Part shown: piece by piece, positions 46,326 through 54,269 of the stretch
How the letters are laid out: each line of letters starts with the position of its first letter
How positions within the stretch are numbered: position 1 is the stretch's first letter
Assembly: GCA_036009625.1 (NCBI GenBank)
Contig: DASYLJ010000167.1
Location: 1,323-65,322, forward strand
Origin: Candidatus Binatia bacterium
Lineage (GTDB): Bacteria; Desulfobacterota; Binatia; DP-6
DNA: 64,000 nt
Reading direction: 5' to 3'
The notes under the pieces: model-generated
Told to the model about the DNA's origin: nothing
Databases searched by the model: none
Seen by the model: the letters and a program-made list of their open reading frames with translations, nothing else
Translations under genes and position numbers: made by a program

Positions 46326-47110
46326 TTGCTGCGCAGGGCGGCGAGTCGTTGCTGCAGGCGCGCGTCGCGGCGTTCGGCGACCAGCGCCACGGCGGCCTGC
46401 CGGCGGATGGCCGGTGACGGCGTCAGCGTGCCGACCTGTCGCGCGTCGATGCGCACCAGGTGCATCCCGTAGCTCGACGCGATCGGACCGATCCACTGCC
46501 CCGATGGCGCGTCGCGCAGCGCCGCGGCGAAGCCAGGACCGAACGTGCGATCGATGGCGTCGTCGGTGGCGGCGTCGAGGTGGCTGCCGAGCAGGAACGC
46601 GTCACCCATGGTTGCCGGATCACCGGCGCGAAGCCGTGCGAGCACGGCATCGGCCGCGGTCGCATCGTGCCGGCCACGTGCCAGGTAGACGTGCGTGAGG
46701 CTGGTGGTGGGCGGGGCGGCGAAGCGATCGGGGTGCGCGGCGAGCCACGCGTCGACGTCGGCGTCGGTGGCACGCTCACCGGCGCCGGGTGCCGACAGTG
46801 CCAGCCGCATCGCATGCACGAGATGACGGCGGATCACCGCGTCGGTGCCGACGAGCCCGAGGTCGCGCGCGGTGCGCTCGGGCTCGCCGACGACACCATC
46901 GGCGGCGACGAAGCGCCCGAGCTTCTCGAGGCGCTCGCGCACGAGCGGGTCGCGCTGATCCAGGCCGGAGGCGAGCGCGGCGCGGTAGAGCAGCTCGTCG
47001 TCGGGGACGGGGGTCGCCGGGACCGGTGGCGTCCACCAGGCCTGCGCCGCATACAGCGCCGCACCGAGCACGACGAAGTGGACGGCGGGCTGGCGCAGCA
47101 GACGCGTCAC
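46322..47110 (-). CDS. parvulin-type peptidyl-prolyl isomerase-like protein
   Basis: The GTG at 47110 overlaps the upstream stop (GTGA). It has an N-terminal TM segment. The C-terminal SGQWIGPIASSYGMHLVRIDAR is typical of PpiC-type rotamase ends. Confidence 0.65.
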   Translation of the reverse strand: MTRLLRQPAVHFVVLGAALYAAQAWWTPPVPATPVPDDELLYRAALASGLDQRDPLVRERLEKLGRFVAADGVVGEPERTARDLGLVGTDAVIRRHLVHAMRLALSAPGAGERATDADVDAWLAAHPDRFAAPPTTSLTHVYLARGRHDATAADAVLARLRAGDPATMGDAFLLGSHLDAATDDAIDRTFGPGFAAALRDAPSGQWIGPIASSYGMHLVRIDARQVGTLTPSPAIRRQAAVALVAERRDARLQQRLAALRSN

Positions 47111-49473
47111 CGCAGGTCCTTCCGTCGCGCCAGCCCGAGGCGATCGCGGCTCGCGAGCCAGAGCCGCGTGTGCGAGGTCTGCCACGTGCCCGCGCCGACG
47201 GCGATCGTCACCATGTGATCGCTGCGGTCGGCGCTGGCGAGATCACGCGGCGTGGTGCGGACGACGAGCCGCGTGTCGTTCCGTCGCTGGACGAGTGAGA
47301 GAGCGGCGATGCCGTCCGGCTTGCTGCGCTTGCCGACCAGCCGCCAGCGCCCGGCACCGGTGCGTCGCAGCGTGCCGGGCGGCAACGTCACGGCGACGAT
47401 GTCGTCGTCGTCGCTGACGCGGACGGTGAGCCCGTCGCGTGCGGGATCGAGGTGCTCGGTGACGCCGAAGCGAAGCCGCAGCGTGAGTACGTCGCGTCCC
47501 GGGCGACCGAAGGCCACCTGAGCTGCGGCACGGCCGATGGTGTCGGGGCGGTACCAGATCGGCGAGCTCCAGGCGCGCTCCTGCACGAGCGGCTCGGCGA
47601 AGGCGTCGTCGCCGCTGGTGCGGCAGCAGCTGGCGAAGTCGTCGCCGGCGGTCGCCGCCTGCGCCGCGCAATCGGGTGCGAGCGGATCGACGCCGACGGA
47701 GCGGCACAGCGTCGTCGTCCAGCGACAGACCGGCGTCTCGAGCACGCGCGCGTAGTAGAAGGCGTGCTCGCGCGGATCGAAGGCTGGGTCTTCCCAGACG
47801 GTGCACAGCTCGGCGAAGCCGGTCCCCTGCGGCGCGCAGGTGGCGGGATCGACGCCGCCGGCGGCGGCGTCCCCGGCGACGTCGACGACGCGCTCGTGCT
47901 GCACGCCAGCGACGTCGACCCAGCCCTTCACGATCTGGACGCGCTGCAGGTCGGTGCCGGGCTGCTCCGCCGTGCCGGCATCCTTCACCGCCCAGACGGC
48001 GAAGCGCGGCGCCGTTCCGGTGGGGCCGAGCTCGCCGCCCATCGGCACGCCGGTGGTGTAGGCGGCGCGGACGAAGTCGGGGCTGCCGCAGGCGACGTTG
48101 GCGAGGTCGCCGGCGAAAAAGCGGACGACGGGGCGCGTGCCGCTGGTGGCGAAGGTCTCGCGACGCCGCAATGCCGAGAAGATCGCGTCGCGCGAGTTCT
48201 CCTCCGCCCAGACCGCCGTCAGGCCGCCCGGGTTGTCGCGCGCGTTGTCGGCGATCTGGCGCGCGGGCGTGGCGTCGATGCCGCCCTGTGCGCCGTCCCA
48301 GCCGGTCTCGGCGACGCCGCCGCCGGTGCCGTTGTGGGTGTCGGTGCCACCAGTGAATCCGAGTCGGAACGGGTTCACGCCGAGCTGCTGCTCGAGGCTG
48401 AGCCCGTCCTTCAGCACGCTGCGCACCAAGTTGCGGCGCGGCCACGTGTCGACGGGGAGCGGGACGGCGTCGGGTCCTTCATGCGGGTTCGGCAGCTGCT
48501 CGAACGTGCAGAGCTCGTCGGCGCCGTCGACGCCACGGCCGAGCAGACGATCGAAGCGGCACTCGGAGGCGCCCTTCTGCTGGAAGATCTCGACGAGCGG
48601 CTCGCGCGCCTGGCGGCGCAGCGCCTCGGTGGCGTCGGCGGGATCGGGCCACTGCTCGCCGCCGCTCAGGTTCGAGTTGTGGGGAATGACGAGCGCGTCG
48701 CAGCCGGTGCCGGCGTCGAGGCACTGGGTCTCGAGCGCGGTCCACAGACCCTGCGGCACGCCGCCCGGTGTGTCGAGGTGCGACAACGCGATCGCCGGCA
48801 CGGTGGCATTGCGGAAGATGACGTTGCGATGGCGGTGGCGGCCGAGCGGGCTCGGGGTGTGCTCGTAACCGACGAAGCTGGTGAAGGTGCACGCCGACGT
48901 GCGGTCGTACGCCTCCTCGCTGGCTGCCTGCTCCTCCTGCCACACCGACACGGCGGCGGCGTCGCAGTCGACGCCCGGCAACGTGCAGATCGAGTGCTGC
49001 GTCGGTGGGTTCGGGATGCCGAGAGGGAAGAGCCAGGAGATGGTGACGCCCGACTGCGCGTCGGTGCCGGCGTCCACCTGGCGGAGCTGGGTGCAGAGCG
49101 TCTCGTCGAAGGCGGGCGAGCTCGGCGTGGCGCAGCGGTCGACCTCGCCGAAGAACTCGGCGTGATCGGTGACGGCACCGAAGTCGAGCGGACGGTCGAT
49201 GCGCCGGCTCTCGCGCGTCGCCGCCTCGTTGATGTCGGCGAGCAGCACGGTGCCGCGGCCGCGCATGAAGTCGTACGCGCCGCGCGGGTCGACGCGCGAG
49301 CCGAAGATGTAGGCGTCGGCGGAGTAGAGCGTGTGGACGTGGATGTCGCCGAAGAACGGGCGCCGCATCGGGTCGGACGCGGCGCACGGCTCGCGCGTCT
49401 CGGTGCGTTGCCATGGTGGCGGTCCGGCGAAGGCGGCCGTCGCGAGTGCCAGCAGGAGGACTGCGAGTCGCAC
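47107..49473 (-). CDS. DUF3604 (PHP-like metal-dependent) secreted protein
   Basis: Signal peptide is VRLAVLLLALATAAFAG. The hallmark motifs are FFGDIHVHTLYSADAY, AVTDHAEF, IPHNSNLSGG and GGTDTHNG. A C-terminal extra domain of about 150 aa follows. Confidence 0.8.
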   Translation of the reverse strand: MRLAVLLLALATAAFAGPPPWQRTETREPCAASDPMRRPFFGDIHVHTLYSADAYIFGSRVDPRGAYDFMRGRGTVLLADINEAATRESRRIDRPLDFGAVTDHAEFFGEVDRCATPSSPAFDETLCTQLRQVDAGTDAQSGVTISWLFPLGIPNPPTQHSICTLPGVDCDAAAVSVWQEEQAASEEAYDRTSACTFTSFVGYEHTPSPLGRHRHRNVIFRNATVPAIALSHLDTPGGVPQGLWTALETQCLDAGTGCDALVIPHNSNLSGGEQWPDPADATEALRRQAREPLVEIFQQKGASECRFDRLLGRGVDGADELCTFEQLPNPHEGPDAVPLPVDTWPRRNLVRSVLKDGLSLEQQLGVNPFRLGFTGGTDTHNGTGGGVAETGWDGAQGGIDATPARQIADNARDNPGGLTAVWAEENSRDAIFSALRRRETFATSGTRPVVRFFAGDLANVACGSPDFVRAAYTTGVPMGGELGPTGTAPRFAVWAVKDAGTAEQPGTDLQRVQIVKGWVDVAGVQHERVVDVAGDAAAGGVDPATCAPQGTGFAELCTVWEDPAFDPREHAFYYARVLETPVCRWTTTLCRSVGVDPLAPDCAAQAATAGDDFASCCRTSGDDAFAEPLVQERAWSSPIWYRPDTIGRAAAQVAFGRPGRDVLTLRLRFGVTEHLDPARDGLTVRVSDDDDIVAVTLPPGTLRRTGAGRWRLVGKRSKPDGIAALSLVQRRNDTRLVVRTTPRDLASADRSDHMVTIAVGAGTWQTSHTRLWLASRDRLGLARRKDLR

Positions 49474-49517
49474 GCCGTCGTCGTAGGCCGGTGACGGCCT
49501 ACTTGTCGAGAGTCGTC

Positions 49518-50486
49518 GTGCACGGGCATAGGGCTCGGGTGCTACGCGCCGTCGTGCTCGCCTGCGTGCTGGCGTCGGTGACGGCGGCAGCGCATCCGCT
49601 CGCACCCGGCCTGCTCGACGTGCGCGAGCTCGGTGACGGTCGCGTCGCGGTGGGATGGAAGATGCCGCTGGCGGTGCCGCGCGACGTCGCGCTCGCGCCC
49701 GATCTGCCGTGTCGAACCCTGACCACGCCGGTCATGGTGGAGGTGGAGGGTGGTCGCCGGACGGACTGGACCGCCGACTGTGGCGGCGGCCTCGTCGGCC
49801 TGCGCATCGGCGTGCGCGGCCTGGTGGCGCCGCTCACCGCAGTGGTGCGGGTGACGCTCGCCGACGGACGCGTGGCGCAGCGGGTCATCGACGCGGCGTC
49901 GCCGTCGCTGGTCGTGCCGGGCCGCCCGTCGCGGTGGGACGTCGTGGGCAGCTACGGCGCGCTCGGGTTCTGGCACGTCCTGTCGGGGGCCGACCATCTC
50001 CTGTTCGTGCTCGGGCTCGTGCTGCTCGGCGGCAACGTGCTGCTCACGGTGACGGCATTCACGGTGGGGCACAGCCTGACGCTCAGCCTGGCGGCGCTCG
50101 GCCTCGTGTCCGTGCCGGTGCGGCCCGTCGAGGTGGCGATCGCACTCAGCGTGCTGTGGCTGGCGATCGAGCTGGCGCGACCAGTGCCGTCGGCGCTCGG
50201 TCGCCGGCCGTGGCTGCTGGCGGCGACGTTCGGGCTGCTGCACGGGCTCGGCTTCGCGAGCGCACTGCGCGAGGCGGGGCTGCCGGCGGGCGAGATTCCG
50301 CTGGCGCTGCTGGCCTTCAATCTCGGAATCGAGGCCGGGCAGGTGGGGGTGGTGCTGCTCCTGGTCGTGGGGGCGCACGTCGTGCGACCGGTCATGGTCT
50401 CGGCGCCGGCGTGGGCGCAGCGGGTGCCGGTCTACGTGATGGGCGCACTGGCCGCGTTCTGGTGCTTCGCGCGCGCGTTCGGTTGA
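49518..50486 (+). CDS. HupE/UreJ family membrane protein with N-terminal periplasmic extension
   Basis: GFWHVLSGADHLLFVLGLVLLG and FGLLHGLGFASAL...FNLGIEAGQ. The start is a GTG at 49518 or 49539. Confidence 0.8.
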   Translation: MHGHRARVLRAVVLACVLASVTAAAHPLAPGLLDVRELGDGRVAVGWKMPLAVPRDVALAPDLPCRTLTTPVMVEVEGGRRTDWTADCGGGLVGLRIGVRGLVAPLTAVVRVTLADGRVAQRVIDAASPSLVVPGRPSRWDVVGSYGALGFWHVLSGADHLLFVLGLVLLGGNVLLTVTAFTVGHSLTLSLAALGLVSVPVRPVEVAIALSVLWLAIELARPVPSALGRRPWLLAATFGLLHGLGFASALREAGLPAGEIPLALLAFNLGIEAGQVGVVLLLVVGAHVVRPVMVSAPAWAQRVPVYVMGALAAFWCFARAFG

Positions 50487-50490
50487 AGCC

Positions 50491-50865
50491 TCAGCGCGGG
50501 AGCAGCACCGGACGATCGACGGACCGGAAGTCGCGGTCGAGCGTCAGGATGGCGCAATCCTCCGCGACGGCGAGGGCGTAGGCGAAGCAGTCGCCGAGAT
50601 TCAACGGGAAGCGGAGACGGGCCTGAGCCGCGATGCGCGCCTGCTGGGTGTCCGGTGCGACGAACCGGATGCCACTCGTCGTGATCTGAGTCTCGATCTC
50701 GTCTGCATCCCGTGGTTGGCGGTCGCGGATGAGGAGGAGGGTCTCCGCCAGGTTCACCGTGCTCATCCGGAGCTCCGAGGCGTGCTCCGTGAGCTGTGCG
50801 GCGGCCCATCCGGCGTCGGGCTCGTCGAACAGGACGGCGAGCAGGACCGACGTGTCGACGACCAT
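50491..50865 (-). CDS. vapC: PIN-domain toxin
   Basis: MVVDTSVLLAVLFDEP carries the first acidic residue. ...NLAETLLL... follows. GDCFAYALAVAEDCAILTLDRDF has the PIN acidic residues. Confidence 0.85.
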   Translation of the reverse strand: MVVDTSVLLAVLFDEPDAGWAAAQLTEHASELRMSTVNLAETLLLIRDRQPRDADEIETQITTSGIRFVAPDTQQARIAAQARLRFPLNLGDCFAYALAVAEDCAILTLDRDFRSVDRPVLLPR

Positions 50866-50912
50866 CCGTCAGCTCCAGAGCTGATCGTGCGAGTCGAACC
50901 GGGGCGTCTGAT

Positions 50913-51104
50913 TCACGGGGGATCGACGTCCAGGCCCCGCCATGCGGTGAAGTCGGTCGTGGTGCCTTTCCGAAGCGACGTCGAGAGGGCTTCCTCGACT
51001 GCCAGGCGAATGGCGTCGGACTTGGTCTTGATGCCGCGAACACGCATCAGTCGGGCGAGCTTCCGCTCGAAGTCCGGGGTCAGCTGCATGTTGAGCTGGG
51101 GCAT
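50913..51104 (-). CDS. vapB: antitoxin (RHH/VapB-like)
   Basis: 63 aa: MPQLNMQLTPDFERKLARLMRVRGIKTKSDAIRLAVEEAL. It lies directly upstream of vapC with a 47-nt gap, and GGAG precedes the vapC ATG. Confidence 0.65.
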   Translation of the reverse strand: MPQLNMQLTPDFERKLARLMRVRGIKTKSDAIRLAVEEALSTSLRKGTTTDFTAWRGLDVDPP

Positions 51105-51319
51105 GTATCGAACCTGTACATGACGTCGAGACGGCTCGCAATGCGAGAGGACTCCGTGCCGGGGGCGTCACGTAACATCGCGATGGACTAGCCCAAAGCG
51201 CGTAGCGTCTGCTCCCACAAAAATCGAGCTTCCGCGCCTTTCTCCCTTGGCCCTATTCGCGCCCGCATGGTACGCCCCCGAGGCTGCCGGGACCGGTGGC
51301 ACATTCTGGAGGGGTATCG

Positions 51320-54154
51320 ATGACGTTCTGGAGACGAGTTCCGTCCGCGCTTCTGCTTCTGGCCGCCGTATCGGCTGCACCGGCCATGGCCACCACCTGG
51401 GGTGTCCCGGGTGACGGGTCGAACGCCTGCACCACGGGTACGCCGAGCTGCAACACGATCGCTCAGGCGGTCACCGCGTCGAGCAACAACGACACCATCA
51501 ACGTCGGAGCCGGGAGCTTCGCGGTGCCGGCGACGCTGACGCTCACCAAGACGCTCACGATCGCGGGTGCGGGCCAGGCCAGCACCTTCCTGCAGCCGGG
51601 CGCCGGTCTCGCGGCGTTCTCGGTGCGCACGGACAACATCGTGCTGCGCGACTTCACCATCCAGAACGGCGCCACCGGCGTCGCGTTCCAGGGCACGTCC
51701 AGCAACAACACGCAGATCACGCGCGTGACGTTCACCGGCCAGAACTCGCGTGGCATCGACATCTCGCTCGGTGCCGCCACGCCGGTGAGCAACATCCAGG
51801 TCGCCGACAGCACGTTCACCACGTCGGCCATCGCGATCCGCATGTCGTCGCAGAGCCAGGTGACGGGCCTCTCGGTCACGGGCTCGACGTTCACCGGCAA
51901 CACCTACGGCATCTACCAGGCGAACGACGGCAACGTGTCGAAGCTCACGGGTCTCACCGTGCAGAACTCGACCTTCACCAACCAGGTGAACTACGGCCTG
52001 TACCTGGAAGAGGTCCGCGATGCGCTGATCGAGGCCAATGAGTTCACGGGTGGCGCGGTCGGCATCGGCGTCCTCAAGTTCTACACCAGCAACGGCGTCG
52101 CGGTGTCGAACGTCGTCATCCGCCAGAACACGTTCTCGGCGTTCAAGGCGAACGCGCTCGACTTCGAGATCTTCGGCTTCGGTCTCGAGACCGGGCTGAC
52201 GTTCGAGGGCAACACCGTGCAGAAGGACGCCGCCATCTCGACGTCGGCGGCCAGCACGTTCGTGCGGCTGAACCCGTCGGTCGTGAACGCGCAGGCCAGC
52301 TTCATCGACAACGACATCACCGTGTCGGGTGTCTTCGGTGCCGGCACGGCAGCGCACGCCATCCAGCTGCGCGGCAACGGCCCGGTGGTGATCACTGGTA
52401 ACGTGCTCGACGGCGGCAACGTCGGCGGTACGGCCGTGAACCCGCCCTCGTCGGGCATCTTCATCCAGTCGAAGTCGGGCACGACGATCATGCCGGCGAC
52501 GACGACCATCAGCGCCAGCTGCAACCGTATCCAGGGCTTCCGCAACGGCGTCAGCGTGTACGACAACGTTGCCGGCGCCTACGGTGGTCTCACCGCCGGC
52601 GCGCTCGTGACGCTGTCCGACAACGCCATCGAGAACAACAGCGATGCCGGTGTGGTCAATGGTGCTGCGGCGCCGACGGTCGACGCCGAGGACAACTACT
52701 GGGGCTGTCCCGACGGTCCGACGGACGGCGCCTGCGACAGCGCCGTCGGCAATGTCGACGCCGATCCGTTCCAGACCACGATTCCCGCGTGCGTCGAGTG
52801 CGTGGTGAACGGCGAGTGCAACGACGGCGCCTTCTGCAACGGCGGCGAGACCTGCAACATCGGCTCGGGCGCCTGCGTGCCGTCTGCTGATCCCTGCACG
52901 GGCGGAGCGACCTGCGCGAACCTGTGCAACGAGGCGGCGGACAATTGCTTCGTCCCGTCGGGCACCGAGTGCCGTGCGTCGGCCGGTGCCTGTGACGTCG
53001 CGGAGACCTGCACGGGTCTCGGCGGCGGCTGCCCGGTCGATGTGCTGGTGAGCGCCGGCACTGGCTGCCGGGCCTCGGCGGGTGCGTGTGACCTGGCCGA
53101 GACGTGTACCGGCTTGAGCACGGCATGTCCGGCCGATGCGAAGAGCACGGCTCCCTGCCGCGCCTCGGCGGGCACCTGCGACGTCGCGGAGAGCTGCGAC
53201 GGCGTGTCGGACGCGTGTCCGGCCGACGGCTTCGCGCTGCCGAGCACCGTCTGCCGCACGGCGGCTGGCGCGTGCGACCTGCAGGAGACCTGCACCGGGT
53301 CGGGTGCTGCGTGCCCGGCCGATGCGAAGAGCACGGCGGTGTGCCGTGGCGCGGCCGGTACGTGCGACGTCGCGGAGAGCTGCGACGGCGTAGGAAATGC
53401 CTGCCCGACGGACGTGTTCCAGCCGTCGAGCACGGTGTGCCGTCCGGGGTCGGGCGTGTGTGACGTCGCCGAGAGCTGCACCGGCTCGAGCGCCGTCTGC
53501 CCGGCCGACGTGGGTGCGACGGACACCGATGGTGACGGCACCTGCGACGCGCAGGACATCTGCCCGAACGTGTCGGATCCGGCGCAGCTGGATGGTGACA
53601 ACGACGGCTTCGGCGACGCCTGCGACAACTGCCCGGCGATCGCCAATGCCGACCAGGCCGACCTGGACGGTGACGATGCCGGCAACGTCTGCGATGCCGA
53701 CGAGGGCGTCCTCAACCCGACGAAGGTGCGCCTGAAGTTCAGCAGTGGCAGCCCCGACAAGAGCAGCACGTCGATCAAGGGCGACTTCGTGGTCCTCCAG
53801 CCCGGCGACGTGTTCAACGCCGCCGCGGGCATCGCGTTCACGGTCAGCGACGGCAAGCCGATGCCGACCGTGCGCACCACGACGTTCGCTCCGGCCGACT
53901 GCACGACCGCGTCGAACGGCAACAAGATCCTGTGCAAGACGGCCGATCGCGCCAGCAAGGCGACGTTCAAGACCGCGCCGTCGGCGAACGGTATCTGGAA
54001 GTTCAGCGCGAAGCTCAAGAAGCAGACCCTGACGGCGCCGCAGGTCGGCCCGTTGACGGTGACGCTCACCTACGGCCCGGCCATCGACCGGGTAGGCACC
54101 ATCGAGGACTGCGTGTCCTCGTTCACGACGCTCAGCTGCCGCAAGCGGCGCTAG
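51320..54154 (+). CDS. secreted parallel beta-helix protein with Cys-rich disintegrin-loop-like repeats, TSP3 repeats and a C-terminal beta domain
   Basis: GGAGGGG lies before the ATG. Signal peptide is MTFWRRVPSALLLLAAVSAAPAMA. PbH1-like repeats include IVLRDFTIQNGATGVAFQG, VTGSTFTGNTYGIYQ and VVIRQNTF. The Cys-rich repeats, TSP3 repeats and a K-rich beta tail follow. Confidence 0.85.
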   Translation: MTFWRRVPSALLLLAAVSAAPAMATTWGVPGDGSNACTTGTPSCNTIAQAVTASSNNDTINVGAGSFAVPATLTLTKTLTIAGAGQASTFLQPGAGLAAFSVRTDNIVLRDFTIQNGATGVAFQGTSSNNTQITRVTFTGQNSRGIDISLGAATPVSNIQVADSTFTTSAIAIRMSSQSQVTGLSVTGSTFTGNTYGIYQANDGNVSKLTGLTVQNSTFTNQVNYGLYLEEVRDALIEANEFTGGAVGIGVLKFYTSNGVAVSNVVIRQNTFSAFKANALDFEIFGFGLETGLTFEGNTVQKDAAISTSAASTFVRLNPSVVNAQASFIDNDITVSGVFGAGTAAHAIQLRGNGPVVITGNVLDGGNVGGTAVNPPSSGIFIQSKSGTTIMPATTTISASCNRIQGFRNGVSVYDNVAGAYGGLTAGALVTLSDNAIENNSDAGVVNGAAAPTVDAEDNYWGCPDGPTDGACDSAVGNVDADPFQTTIPACVECVVNGECNDGAFCNGGETCNIGSGACVPSADPCTGGATCANLCNEAADNCFVPSGTECRASAGACDVAETCTGLGGGCPVDVLVSAGTGCRASAGACDLAETCTGLSTACPADAKSTAPCRASAGTCDVAESCDGVSDACPADGFALPSTVCRTAAGACDLQETCTGSGAACPADAKSTAVCRGAAGTCDVAESCDGVGNACPTDVFQPSSTVCRPGSGVCDVAESCTGSSAVCPADVGATDTDGDGTCDAQDICPNVSDPAQLDGDNDGFGDACDNCPAIANADQADLDGDDAGNVCDADEGVLNPTKVRLKFSSGSPDKSSTSIKGDFVVLQPGDVFNAAAGIAFTVSDGKPMPTVRTTTFAPADCTTASNGNKILCKTADRASKATFKTAPSANGIWKFSAKLKKQTLTAPQVGPLTVTLTYGPAIDRVGTIEDCVSSFTTLSCRKRR
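52970..53512 (+). repeat. six in-frame tandem Cys-rich repeats, CR-x5-CD-x2-E-x-C-x-G-x4-CP-x-D
   Basis: Representative units are CRASAGACDVAETCTGLGGGCPVD, CRASAGACDLAETCTGLSTACPAD and CRPGSGVCDVAESCTGSSAVCPAD. Units 2-3 and 4-5 form a 62-aa AB super-repeat with long identical DNA stretches (tgcgacgtcgcggagagctgcgacggcgt). Confidence 0.85.
53519..53708 (+). repeat. thrombospondin type-3-like calcium-binding repeats
   Basis: DTDGDGTCDAQDICPNVSDPAQLDGDNDGFGDACDNCPAIANADQADLDGDDAGNVCDAD follows the D-x-D-x-DG-x-x-D-x-C-D-N-CP grammar. Confidence 0.65.
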
Positions 54155-54164
54155 CGTGAGGGAA

Positions 54165-54192
54165 GGGCGGGCGCCGGCAACGGCGCCCGCCC
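54165..54192 (+). terminator. perfect 12-bp GC hairpin with GCAA tetraloop
   Basis: GGGCGGGCGCCG gcaa CGGCGCCCGCCC, starting 11 nt after the TAG at 54152-54154. No U-tract follows. Confidence 0.6.
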
Positions 54193-54269
54193 GCGCCCCG
54201 CAGAAATGCGCGGATGCCGTGTGGTCTGCGGTGGCTCACGGGATTCCAGCGCGTGTACGGTCCAAACCG

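Noticed and set aside
44046-46496. 816-aa minus ORF
   Set aside because: It spans the divergent intergenic region and is antisense to R3. No motifs are present, and its composition is Arg-rich.
47452-49494. 680-aa plus ORF
   Set aside because: It is antisense to DUF3604, whose hallmark metal-binding motifs are unambiguous.
51297-51311. Perfect TGGCAC hexamer upstream of the beta-helix gene as a sigma-54 -24 box
   Set aside because: The sequence five nt downstream is GGAG (the Shine-Dalgarno), not TTGC. The hexamer is also only about 20 nt from the ATG, which is too close for a promoter.
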